Made by a program: the position numbers and the translations under genes. The notes below the pieces were generated by a model, which ran no database searches, was not told the origin of the DNA, and saw only the letters and a list, made by a program, of their open reading frames with translations. Below, in pieces: positions 7,001 through 15,976 of a stretch of 60,387 nt of DNA; the stretch's first letter is position 1; every line of letters starts with the position of its first letter. Source of the DNA: a virus (Duplodnaviria > Caudoviricetes); the IMG/VR virus record IMGVR_UViG_3300025621_000007, positions 1-60,387 of that record. One strand, 5' to 3'.

Positions 7001-8761
7001 ATGGGAATCGTTGAAACCGCAGCAAGGGCTGCCTTTAGGCCGGCAGATCGTCGTCCACCTTGGCAGTGGTGTGAGGACAACTATTTTGTTTCTCCTTCAT
7101 CTCCAATGCCTGGTCGGTGGCGCTCAGACAATACCCCATGGGTTCGCGAGTTCATGGAGCAGTTTGCAACTGACGATGTAAGCACAATCTCGACAATGTG
7201 CTCAGCGCAGTCGGCAAAGACAGAGACAATGCTGGCGCTGCTGGCCTGGTTAATCTCTGAAGATCCCGCTCCTTGTATGTGGGTTACGTCTAGCGAGGAA
7301 GAAGCCTCTAAGTTTTGGACTGAGCGAATGAAGCCGTCACTTGAGGCGTCTCCGGCAATCCGAGACATGATACCGACTGGCCGAACAAGGGCAAAAGAGA
7401 TATTTTTCCCTACAATGCCGCTTGAAATAATCGGCGCAAATGCTCCTTCAAAACTTCAGTCAAAGCCACGTCGCTGGCTAATGCTTGATGAGGTTCGAAA
7501 CTGGCCTCCTGGGGCTCTTCCCATGGTTCTTAAGCGGACAAGAGCTTTCTGGAATGCCAGGAGAGTCGTCATCTCTACTCCTGATAACGAACATGACCCC
7601 GTTCACCAGGCTTTTCTTGAGGGAGATCAGAGACACTATTATGTGGAGTGTCCTCACTGTAAAGAAAAGCAGCCTCTTGAATGGAAGAGCATGAAATGGG
7701 AGACAAATGATGAGACTCGGCCCGCAGGACGATATAACTTTGATAGGCTGGCAGAGACTATTCACTATGAATGTTTGAAAGGGTGTAAAATCAGCGATGC
7801 TCCTGGGCTCCGTAGGAAGATGGTCGCAAATGGTGAGTGGCGAAGGCATAATCCTGACGCGCCGAAATCTCGCGTTTCTTTTACCTGGTCGGCAATGCTT
7901 CCACCGTGGGTAACATGGCGGGATCTAGTCGAGGAATTTATTAACGCGAGCAAAGCGCAGGAATGGGGCGATCATGAGCCTTTAAAAACGTTCATTACAG
8001 AGTCTTTAGGACAGCCTTGGCGTGATGAACTACGTTATAGGAAAGAGAAAAACTTCCTGGCTGAAAGAATGGTCAACTACAACATCGGTGACTCTTGGGA
8101 TGAGACTCAACGCATCTTCCTTGGGGTAGACGTGCAAAAAGACTGTCTTTACTACGTCGTCAGGGCATTCGGAACCTTTGGTAGGTCACGCTTGCTGGAC
8201 TATGATAAAGTCATTGGGTTTGAAGACCTACTCGAAGTCATTGAACGATTCGGGATCGACGCAGATGACGTAGCCATTGATGCGGCTCACAGAACAGGAG
8301 AGGTTTATAAAGCCATTGAAGAGTCTAATTATAAATGGAAAGCTTTTTGGGGTGACGATCGTGCTTTTTGGATTCGTGATGGGATGCGTCAAGCTTGGAC
8401 AATTAGTCAAATAGATCCGGCAGTCGGAACCCGTATGCAAGGGTCTGTTCGTCCTATTCGTCTTTACCACTGGTCGAACCCGACGATTAAAGACAAGCTC
8501 GAGCTGCTAATGAGTGGGGAAGGCCCAGAGTGGCAAATTCCAGAAAAGGTTTCTCGCAACTACTTAGATCAAATAACCGCCGAACGAAGAGAAGAAATCG
8601 TAGACTCAAAGAATCGAGTGACTTTCCGGTATGTGAAAATCAGGAAAGACGATCACTTTCGCGATTGCGAATCCATGGTGATAGCAGCGGCAACAATAAC
8701 TAAAACCTTGGGTGTTGGGTTTGAGGATGTCACCGAAGTGACCGTTGCACCTATGGACTAG
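7001..8761 (+). CDS. terL: Terminase large subunit (lambda GpA family)
   Basis: PGRW....PW, SAQSAKTE Walker A variant, LMLDEV Walker B, ISTP, CPHC zinc knuckle, GVDVQ nuclease, DHFRDCE. Confidence 0.95.
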   Translation: MGIVETAARAAFRPADRRPPWQWCEDNYFVSPSSPMPGRWRSDNTPWVREFMEQFATDDVSTISTMCSAQSAKTETMLALLAWLISEDPAPCMWVTSSEEEASKFWTERMKPSLEASPAIRDMIPTGRTRAKEIFFPTMPLEIIGANAPSKLQSKPRRWLMLDEVRNWPPGALPMVLKRTRAFWNARRVVISTPDNEHDPVHQAFLEGDQRHYYVECPHCKEKQPLEWKSMKWETNDETRPAGRYNFDRLAETIHYECLKGCKISDAPGLRRKMVANGEWRRHNPDAPKSRVSFTWSAMLPPWVTWRDLVEEFINASKAQEWGDHEPLKTFITESLGQPWRDELRYRKEKNFLAERMVNYNIGDSWDETQRIFLGVDVQKDCLYYVVRAFGTFGRSRLLDYDKVIGFEDLLEVIERFGIDADDVAIDAAHRTGEVYKAIEESNYKWKAFWGDDRAFWIRDGMRQAWTISQIDPAVGTRMQGSVRPIRLYHWSNPTIKDKLELLMSGEGPEWQIPEKVSRNYLDQITAERREEIVDSKNRVTFRYVKIRKDDHFRDCESMVIAAATITKTLGVGFEDVTEVTVAPMD

Positions 8762-9093
8762 GGGTAAGGCTTAGCCAATCCTGAGTCCAGCAATAGCTGG
8801 TTCACGTTTAAATCGCCTAGGAATAGTGTCCCTAACCAGCGGCCATATTTGCCTGACTTGTCTCGGTGGCTATGCAGGGTAATGCTTTTGCCTACAATTA
8901 AGCTTCTTAACTTCTCCGCAGCAACCAGACCTTCAGCCCTTTCGTCACCACGGATTTCAGGCGCGTCAACTCCAAGCAGCCTGATTTTTTGATTCCGCAT
9001 CCAGGTGTTAAACCCTAAATCAATATCTAGGGTCACAGAGTCTCCATCATATACGCTGACGCAAATTGCTTTATATATGAATTGCCCTGTCAT
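8758..9093 (-). CDS. Thermonuclease (SNase-like)
   Basis: VYDGDSVTLDIDLGF, IRLLGVDAPE, KYGRWLG, NQLLLDSGLAKPY; start at ATG 9093. Confidence 0.9.
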   Translation of the reverse strand: MTGQFIYKAICVSVYDGDSVTLDIDLGFNTWMRNQKIRLLGVDAPEIRGDERAEGLVAAEKLRSLIVGKSITLHSHRDKSGKYGRWLGTLFLGDLNVNQLLLDSGLAKPYP

Positions 9094-9095
9094 AA

Positions 9096-9668
9096 CTATC
9101 CGTTTAAGGCTTCGTAAATCTGCACAACTCCGTCGAGTTGTGTCCTCACGGCTTTTTTCCGGTCTTGACCCCAAGTTGAAAGAGGGGACTTGGAGGTCTC
9201 CTTTTTGAACCATGATTCAATTTTCATTGCAGCGGTGACGAAGGTTTCGATTCGCTCGTCCTTGTCTTCTTTCTCTTCAGGCTTCTCTTCCTCTTCCTTT
9301 GCTTTCGTTGCTCGGGAAAGTAGCTTGAGGGCCTCATTGATTGAGCTGACTCCATCAAGAGAGATTGCTCCATCAGTTACAGCTTCTGAGATCTGCATAT
9401 ATCTATATGCGGTTCTATATGTAAACGGAAGAACGGTCGAGACCCATACACGGAACGGGTCTTTTAGCGTCTCTCGTGATTCGATTAGTAACGACCCGCA
9501 TTCGGCGGCGTGCTTTACCGAGTCGACCATCGAGCTGATCGAATCGGCGTGTGCGGATATAATCCGCTTTTTCAGGACCTCACTCGGGTCAGCTGGTTTT
9601 ACTGTGAGTCTGGCTTTGCTAACGTGTTCGGTTGTAATGGCCATCTCAGTTTTCTCTTCAGTGCTCAT
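9096..9668 (-). CDS. DUF3102-like protein
   Basis: AAECGSLLIE.R..L...F..WV....PFTYRTAYRYMQI pattern. Confidence 0.6.
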   Translation of the reverse strand: MSTEEKTEMAITTEHVSKARLTVKPADPSEVLKKRIISAHADSISSMVDSVKHAAECGSLLIESRETLKDPFRVWVSTVLPFTYRTAYRYMQISEAVTDGAISLDGVSSINEALKLLSRATKAKEEEEKPEEKEDKDERIETFVTAAMKIESWFKKETSKSPLSTWGQDRKKAVRTQLDGVVQIYEALNG

Positions 9669-10093
9669 GTTGTTTTTTGGTTTTGCGCTTTGTTCCGATA
9701 GGACTCCCGCGCTTTCTTCGATTTCTGTCCCCTTGTTGGGGGCAGGCCAAGCTCATCCTGAAATTTCAAAACGTGCTTGGAAAAGGCTTGTTTTGAGATG
9801 TTGTGCTTTTTACCCATTTGTGTAAAGCTCATTCCTTCGTAAAAAGGGAAGCCGCAAGCCATGATGGAAACATCGATTTTGAGCCGGTAGTTGGACGACT
9901 CTACGATTTGAGCCAGCAGCCTTACCATCGCTTTCTGGACTTTTTCAGCGCTTCTTCGCTCGACCTCTTGATCTATGCGCTCTTGGATAGCTCCAATCCC
10001 TTGCTCCTCTTCGTCTTCATAAATAGCGTCCCAATCGAATTCGACCGAGGCAGAGGGAAGTTCAGCGGCGTCTTTAGAGTATCCAGTTGACAT
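9665..10093 (-). CDS. HTH DNA-binding protein (sigma region-4-like C-terminus)
   Basis: GMSFTQMGKKHNISKQAFSKHV helix-turn-helix. Confidence 0.6.
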   Translation of the reverse strand: MSTGYSKDAAELPSASVEFDWDAIYEDEEEQGIGAIQERIDQEVERRSAEKVQKAMVRLLAQIVESSNYRLKIDVSIMACGFPFYEGMSFTQMGKKHNISKQAFSKHVLKFQDELGLPPTRGQKSKKARESYRNKAQNQKTT

Positions 10094-10162
10094 AGTGGGA
10101 AAAGAATAGGAAAAGTTTTATAACTAGGTCTTTACTAGAAATGACCTAACCCTTCAAGAAAA

Positions 10163-10420
10163 ATGGCATCAATTAATTGGGAAGACATTTACGTCACTTA
10201 CACTGCGGAAGAATTAGATGAAGAGATAGCCTTTTTGAAGGCTGAATCCAAGTCTATTTATATTTCTCAAAGCCAGGGGTCGAAGTCATTTTCTCGTTCC
10301 CTTTCTGATCTATCCATGAGGTTGACTGCGGCGACTCGAGTCAAATCCCAGCGCGGAGGCGGCGGGTTTGGTCCTGGAACTTTAGGCGGGGTGGACAAAG
10401 TAGTTGTTGATTTCTCATGA
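10163..10420 (+). CDS. Head completion protein (gpW-like)
   Basis: Small helix-beta-hairpin-helix (YISQSQGSKSFSRS) between TerL and portal. Confidence 0.6.
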   Translation: MASINWEDIYVTYTAEELDEEIAFLKAESKSIYISQSQGSKSFSRSLSDLSMRLTAATRVKSQRGGGGFGPGTLGGVDKVVVDFS

Positions 10421-12486
10421 GGGACTACAAAAAAGAGTATGCTCGGTATCAAGGGAAGCCGGAGCAAATTAAACGTCGGTCGGCAAGAAACCAGGCTAGG
10501 CGTAAAGCTATCCGTCTGGGGAAAGCCCGTAAGGGAGATGGAAAAGACGTGCATCATCGCGATAACAACCCAAACAATAATGGCGCTGGCAACCTATCTG
10601 TGACCTCAGTTGCGAAGAATCGAGGTTATCCGAGGGATCGGAACAACAAGCCAAAGAAGGGGCTTTCCAATCTCGCGGCTCGCATCGAGAACCTGATCGA
10701 GTTTGCCCTCCCAAAGCTGAAGTTCGGCACGGTAAAGCGTGTCTTGAAAGAAGCGAAGAGCAAGACCAAAACAGATACTTTCCGCAAGGCCGACCGGCAT
10801 GTGGAGGCTTCACACGTCCCCCCTTTCCCCGGATCAGTTGGAGCACTTAAAAGCATGGGGGTGAAGGCCAATAAAGGCCGCGGCGCTGTTATAGTCCCGC
10901 GAGGCTCAAGTCCTACCAGGCTAAGGTATTCTAAGAAATTAGAAGGCTTAATGGGCGGCCCGGCAAACACCTCAGTCCACGAGCATGGTCATGCGCTGGA
11001 TCGTCAGCTACCGCGCAGAGCGGCGGCCATGTGGAAAATGGGCAAAAAAGCTGAGGCAATAGCCAAGCGCCAGCAAAAACGATTAGGTGACAACGTAGTA
11101 ATCCCGAAAAGCAAAAGAAATGCGGTAGATGAGGCTGAAGCTGCACGCATTCAGAGTAGATTTACCAAATCAGTGCTGGGCAAAAGCTCTCTCATTATTG
11201 AAAAGCGGGCGAACAAGAACGCTTTGAATTTGGTGCAAAAGCATGGAGGCAAGAGCGAGGCTAAGAAGTGGAAAACAATCGCAAAGCGCCAAATGCACAA
11301 GGGCTATCGCGAGCCCCTTTTTAGGATTGGCATGGTGCAGAAGGGCTTCAAAGGAGACAGCCCAACCTTGTCAGAAGGGAAAAACTTCCTCCGTGGCGAG
11401 GGCAAATGGCTTAGAAGGAAGCAATGGGATCTCGCGGCTCGCATCGAGAACTTGATCGAGTTTTCGGCGAAATGGAGAAAAGTGATCGAGTTTACCTCTT
11501 TAGGGACAACGAAAAAAGTGTTAAAGGCCTTGAGAGACAAATCTCACAAGATTCACAACCAAGAAGTCTCTGTGTATCGTCCGAAGGGTGCGGGGTCGTT
11601 TTATGTGCCTAAAGCTAAAAAACTCAGCCTGGTCGGGGGGCTGAAAGAAGCGGATGATCGAGAGGCGGTATCAAATATACTAAAGATTACCCGCAAATCC
11701 AAAACCCGCGGACCTAAAGGCAAAGCGAAAGTGGCAAACGACAATTCTGTCATCGTTCCTCGCGGGGAGGCCCCAAAAAGGATTTTTCCGTGGGCCTCAC
11801 CCAAAGCCATGGGGATGCACGAAACCGGTCATGCGGCAGACCCTCACGCTTACAAGGGGGCTCAAGCCCTAAAGAATTTTGCTCGCAGACGGCCTTGGGC
11901 AACCTATGGCAAAATGAAGCAATCTCGCAGGCTTACGCTCCGCATGGAAAAAAGAGCTAACCAGAATGTCCTAAAAGAAATCAAAAAGCATGGATCAAAG
12001 AGCGAGGTGGCTGAATGGAAAAAAACAGCTAATAAACAAATGAAAATCGGGTATAGAACACCTTTTTACGACACCCTTGTTAAAGACCAAAGAGCAATGA
12101 CGAAAGCCGGACTCCGAAGTGCGGAGAGAGGGAGATATGATACGCCTCCTAGGTCTACCCCCTTAAAACCCACGCTTTCTCAAGGTAAAAAAGTTCTGCG
12201 TGAGAACCCCTGGCTAAGAAAAAAATGGAGCGAACTTTCAGCTCGTATTGAGAATTTAAACGAGCTTTCTTATGGAATGTCAAAACTTAAAAGGGCTAAT
12301 GCTGCAATCCAAAAAAGGATCAAAAAAGAAAATCGCAGAGTCAAAAATTGGAAATGGATAGATAAAGAAAACCACATGAGAGCATTTAAGAAACAATTTA
12401 ATGGTTTTTATCAGAAAGCTGATTATAAAAGAGCCTCGTCTCAAAAAAGACTAATGGCTAAAGCGTGGGCCGAAGCAAGCAAATGA
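10417..12486 (+). CDS. Basic polyprotein: N-terminal HNH domain, two HExxH metallopeptidase-like domains and a C-terminal basic segment, separated by LAARIENLIEF-type linkers
   Basis: GDGKDVHHRDNNP.NN...NL HNH; VHEHGHALD and MHETGHAAD each followed by EKRAN; linkers at about 10672, 11431, 12235. Confidence 0.75.
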   Translation: MRDYKKEYARYQGKPEQIKRRSARNQARRKAIRLGKARKGDGKDVHHRDNNPNNNGAGNLSVTSVAKNRGYPRDRNNKPKKGLSNLAARIENLIEFALPKLKFGTVKRVLKEAKSKTKTDTFRKADRHVEASHVPPFPGSVGALKSMGVKANKGRGAVIVPRGSSPTRLRYSKKLEGLMGGPANTSVHEHGHALDRQLPRRAAAMWKMGKKAEAIAKRQQKRLGDNVVIPKSKRNAVDEAEAARIQSRFTKSVLGKSSLIIEKRANKNALNLVQKHGGKSEAKKWKTIAKRQMHKGYREPLFRIGMVQKGFKGDSPTLSEGKNFLRGEGKWLRRKQWDLAARIENLIEFSAKWRKVIEFTSLGTTKKVLKALRDKSHKIHNQEVSVYRPKGAGSFYVPKAKKLSLVGGLKEADDREAVSNILKITRKSKTRGPKGKAKVANDNSVIVPRGEAPKRIFPWASPKAMGMHETGHAADPHAYKGAQALKNFARRRPWATYGKMKQSRRLTLRMEKRANQNVLKEIKKHGSKSEVAEWKKTANKQMKIGYRTPFYDTLVKDQRAMTKAGLRSAERGRYDTPPRSTPLKPTLSQGKKVLRENPWLRKKWSELSARIENLNELSYGMSKLKRANAAIQKRIKKENRRVKNWKWIDKENHMRAFKKQFNGFYQKADYKRASSQKRLMAKAWAEASK
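10670..10704 (+). repeat. 35-bp direct repeat, copy 1 (encodes LAARIENLIEF)
   Basis: atctcgcggctcgcatcgagaacctgatcgagttt; one mismatch to 11429-11463. Confidence 0.9.
11429..11463 (+). repeat. 35-bp direct repeat, copy 2
   Basis: atctcgcggctcgcatcgagaacttgatcgagttt. Confidence 0.9.
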
Positions 12487-14027
12487 AAACTACAAAACTC
12501 AACGTCATTGATAAAACAATTGCATTCTTTTCTCCTGGAGCAGGAGTTAAGCGATCTTTTGAGCGCCAGCTTTTTGAAATGAGCTACGATGCTGCGAACC
12601 CCGATCGTGGTCGGGCAATGAGTAGCAACCCTTTTACTGAAGGCAGCTCTGAATCTGCGTCGACCCAGAGAGACCGTATCAAGATGATGTGGGAGGCCAG
12701 AAACCTGGCTAAAAACTACTCTTTCGTGAAGTCGGTCTTGATGAAAGAGTCACTTTACACCTGCGGGCGAATTCAGTATCAAGCACAAACTGGTGACCCT
12801 CAAATGGATGACCTTTACGAGTCATACTTTAACGATTGGACAAAGCGATGCGACTTGACGGGGAGAAACGTATTCCGTCAAATGATCCAGCTTGGTCACA
12901 TGGGGATGCGTCGTGACGGCCAGCATGGCTGGGTAATGGTTCCGCAAGGGGCTGATATTAAGCTACAAGCGATTGAAGGCGATCGAATCGGCAACCCCAT
13001 CAAGGGCACAAGTTCTATCGACGACCGAGACTACAACGGGATCAAGGTCAACAACCTTGGACAGATAACTAACTACGAGCTTTGGGCTCGCGATAAAAAC
13101 GGACAGTATAAAAACCCCAAGGAAGTCCCAGTAGATTCGTTTATTCACTACCTTGATCCAATGCGCTCGGACCAATATCATGGCATCACAGCTTTCGATA
13201 CATGTATCCCCCACGCTCGTAACATTCACGACCTTTACCGTTATGAAACAATGGCGGTTAAGTGGGGGTCTGCACACACAGGGATCATCACCAAAGACAA
13301 AAAAGACGTGACCGACTGGAAGACGTCCGCCGAGACAACCGGGAATGGAACGATAAAAGAAAAAGTCGAGCCAGGAACAGTCCTCCGACTTGACCCAGGA
13401 GAGAATGTCTCAATGTTCCAGACTTCAATGCGTCCCTCCCCAACGTTTAACGGCTTTATTGAGGCCCTCATTCGCGAGATGGCAAACGGACTCAACCTCC
13501 CGTTCTCTTTCGTATGGGACATGGCAGCTCTTGGCGGGGTCTCTGCTCGCATTGAACTGGCGATGGCTCAACGCACATTTAAACGTTCGCAGTTACTTCT
13601 TGAGGAGAGGGTTCTCAATCCCATCAAGGACGCGGTCATCTCTCGCGCAATCACATATGGGCAGCTTCCTTCAACGGAAAAATGGAACAAGTGCAAATGG
13701 CAGTTCCCAGCTCACATTACGGCTGACCAAGGTTACACAACCCAAAGCGACATCGCGCTTATGCAGAATGGCCTGAAAACAGGGCACGACATCGTTACTG
13801 AAATGGGTGGCGATTACGAAGAAACCGTCGAGACCTTGGCTCGCGAGGCAATGATGAACGTGGCAGCATCTGAAGAACAAGTCATCCCGATTGAGGTCAT
13901 CTCCCAGCGCTACCCCAACGCTACGCAGCAGATCGCAATGATGCGTCAGCAAATGATGCAGGCTGACATGGAGAGTGAAGCTGGAATCCCTGTCGGTCAG
14001 GGTGAAGGTGAACAACCAGAAGAATAA
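12483..14027 (+). CDS. Portal protein (lambda family)
   Basis: YDAA, ARNLAKN, LQAIEGDRI, R.DQYHGI, LDPGE, RPSPTF; ATGA overlap at 12483. Confidence 0.92.
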   Translation: MKTTKLNVIDKTIAFFSPGAGVKRSFERQLFEMSYDAANPDRGRAMSSNPFTEGSSESASTQRDRIKMMWEARNLAKNYSFVKSVLMKESLYTCGRIQYQAQTGDPQMDDLYESYFNDWTKRCDLTGRNVFRQMIQLGHMGMRRDGQHGWVMVPQGADIKLQAIEGDRIGNPIKGTSSIDDRDYNGIKVNNLGQITNYELWARDKNGQYKNPKEVPVDSFIHYLDPMRSDQYHGITAFDTCIPHARNIHDLYRYETMAVKWGSAHTGIITKDKKDVTDWKTSAETTGNGTIKEKVEPGTVLRLDPGENVSMFQTSMRPSPTFNGFIEALIREMANGLNLPFSFVWDMAALGGVSARIELAMAQRTFKRSQLLLEERVLNPIKDAVISRAITYGQLPSTEKWNKCKWQFPAHITADQGYTTQSDIALMQNGLKTGHDIVTEMGGDYEETVETLAREAMMNVAASEEQVIPIEVISQRYPNATQQIAMMRQQMMQADMESEAGIPVGQGEGEQPEE

Positions 14028-14029
14028 TC

Positions 14030-15487
14030 ATGAAAAACTCAAACCGTGACACGCGTGTCACAGAATTTCAAAACAGGACTTGGGATGACAGGATCATTCA
14101 ATCGGCTACCGGTGCAGGAGCTGTCGGCATGGCTGGCGCAGGTGTCGGCGATGCTCTCGCAGAAGACGGCAAGATCACCCTGAGAAAAAGCAAAGGGCAC
14201 TTCCGAGGACTCATCAAAAAGGCTGAGAAGGCAGGCGCTAATCCGCGTGCTTTGTATAAGGGCAAAAAGATCACATCTCAGAAGTCGGCCAAAATAATTG
14301 CGAAGCTTCGCAAGAGAATGAGTCGAGCCCCAGTAAAATCGAGAAGGATCGGAGGAGGGAAATTGGGGCTTATTTTAGGAGGCCTTGCAGGAGCGTCAAT
14401 TCCCCCAGAAAAGCGCGTCATGATGGCTCGGGGACCTTCAACCCCGGACGCTTACGTCATGATCGACGGTAAGAAGTATCATGAGTTTGCACGGACTCGT
14501 CAAACTGACCCTTTTGAGGGCCTAAAGACAGACCCGAACGTAAAGCGAGCTCGGACCATCGGGGAGTATAAGAAGGCCAGCGCAATAGCAAAAAAGCTGG
14601 TCAAGAACACCAAAAAATCAAACACGGTCGTGCAGGACCTCACGGATCTTTATAATGAGAAGAGAGGAAAGCAGCCTGGGGTTCTGAAGACTTCTAATGG
14701 GCAATACCGCATTGCTAGGGCTAACCGGAACTCTGTTCGAGTTTACCACAAGGGCGGGCCAAGAACCCGTCGTCGCAAGCGTTTCTACGAGAAGAAGTCA
14801 TTCCGAGACAAGGCCGCATTCACGGGCATCGCTGGCGGAACAGTCGCAGGCATCGCAATAGGCAGAAGAGCCGAAAGCCTCAAGTATCGAGCTGCAAGAA
14901 AAGGAACTTCGATTCCGAAAGAAATGCTCAAACTTCCAGGGAGAATGATAGCTACCAGCTCTCGCGTAAATGCTAGAAATTCTGTTCGCCGCAAATACGG
15001 AGCTAGAAAGTCTCTCGGCAAAGCAGGCATGACTGGTATGAAAAACCCAAGAAGCAAAGAGGGAGGATTCACCAAAGAGGCCAGGGCCAAGACTTCGACG
15101 CAATTCCCGAAATGGAGCGAGTCTCAAGTCAACGAATCATTAAGCAAACAACAGAGCATGGCTCAAAGCGGAACTCAAGTCCCCAAGAAGGGACTGGGGC
15201 CAAACTCCCGACCGGTAAGAAGCCTTGATGGCACTATTGCAAAGCTGGAAGGCCGGCCTGGGTTTGTTCCCGCAGGTGTCGAGACGCCCAACGGCACGAC
15301 CTTCAAGAGCAAAGCGAAGCGAGTCGGCCCCTTCAGCCTTATGCCGAAATGGGCAGTAGCTGGGCGAAAAACTCCTCGTTCAAAAGCCAGCTCAGTAGAG
15401 TCAGTCAGCTCAGCAGCAAAGAGGACTCAGCTAAAAATAAACTCCTCCATACTAAAGAGAATTTTAACTCAAGTAGCAAAGAGGTAA
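14030..15487 (+). CDS. Very basic glycine-zipper protein (candidate internal head protein)
   Basis: K/R-rich; RVTEFQ and YHEFA motifs; three Gly-rich hydrophobic segments; amphipathic C-terminus. Confidence 0.7.
   Translation: MKNSNRDTRVTEFQNRTWDDRIIQSATGAGAVGMAGAGVGDALAEDGKITLRKSKGHFRGLIKKAEKAGANPRALYKGKKITSQKSAKIIAKLRKRMSRAPVKSRRIGGGKLGLILGGLAGASIPPEKRVMMARGPSTPDAYVMIDGKKYHEFARTRQTDPFEGLKTDPNVKRARTIGEYKKASAIAKKLVKNTKKSNTVVQDLTDLYNEKRGKQPGVLKTSNGQYRIARANRNSVRVYHKGGPRTRRRKRFYEKKSFRDKAAFTGIAGGTVAGIAIGRRAESLKYRAARKGTSIPKEMLKLPGRMIATSSRVNARNSVRRKYGARKSLGKAGMTGMKNPRSKEGGFTKEARAKTSTQFPKWSESQVNESLSKQQSMAQSGTQVPKKGLGPNSRPVRSLDGTIAKLEGRPGFVPAGVETPNGTTFKSKAKRVGPFSLMPKWAVAGRKTPRSKASSVESVSSAAKRTQLKINSSILKRILTQVAKR
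14046..14061. promoter_or_regulatory. Perfect palindrome GTGACACGCGTGTCAC, operator copy 2
   Basis: Identical to 38869-38884. Confidence 0.65.
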
Positions 15488-15526
15488 ATTGACATCACAA
15501 ATAATAACATAACCAACAAAACCAAC

Positions 15527-15976
15527 ATGAACGTAGACAAAAACTTACAAGAACTCAATGAAATGCTTGACGCTCAGCTCACCGAATTCCGTTACGGCTA
15601 TAAAGATGCCGGTCGCGACATCAAAGATGATATAAAAGGCTCAGCCAAGGCCCTCTTGGGCCTCGGCGCAATCGGCGCATCTGGTTACGGTGGATACCGT
15701 GCAGCGGACGCCATCATAGCAAGAGGTGGAATAAAAAAGGTGGGCGCAAGCGCTGGCCGTTATGTCGGCCAAAAAGCTGGCAAAGCAGGATCTTATGTCA
15801 GGAAGAACATCCCGACCCAGGCATCAATGAAAGAAGCCGGAACAAAAGCTGGTGCTTTTGCCGGTGACAAAGCTTCCAAAGCTGGTGACTTCCTCAAACA
15901 AAAAGGCGGTATGGCTAAAGGTAAGCTGATGGACCTCAAGATCCTCAAAGCGCTCCTTTCACGAGGCAAGGCCTAA
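15527..15976 (+). CDS. Basic glycine-zipper protein (candidate internal head protein)
   Basis: Acidic leader LQELNEMLDAQLTEF then basic body; ALLGLGAIGASGYGGY; KAG repeats. Confidence 0.7.
   Translation: MNVDKNLQELNEMLDAQLTEFRYGYKDAGRDIKDDIKGSAKALLGLGAIGASGYGGYRAADAIIARGGIKKVGASAGRYVGQKAGKAGSYVRKNIPTQASMKEAGTKAGAFAGDKASKAGDFLKQKGGMAKGKLMDLKILKALLSRGKA

Noticed and set aside
10670-11463. 35-bp direct repeats as a CRISPR array
   Set aside because: Only two copies, 759 bp apart, in frame within a CDS; no cas operon
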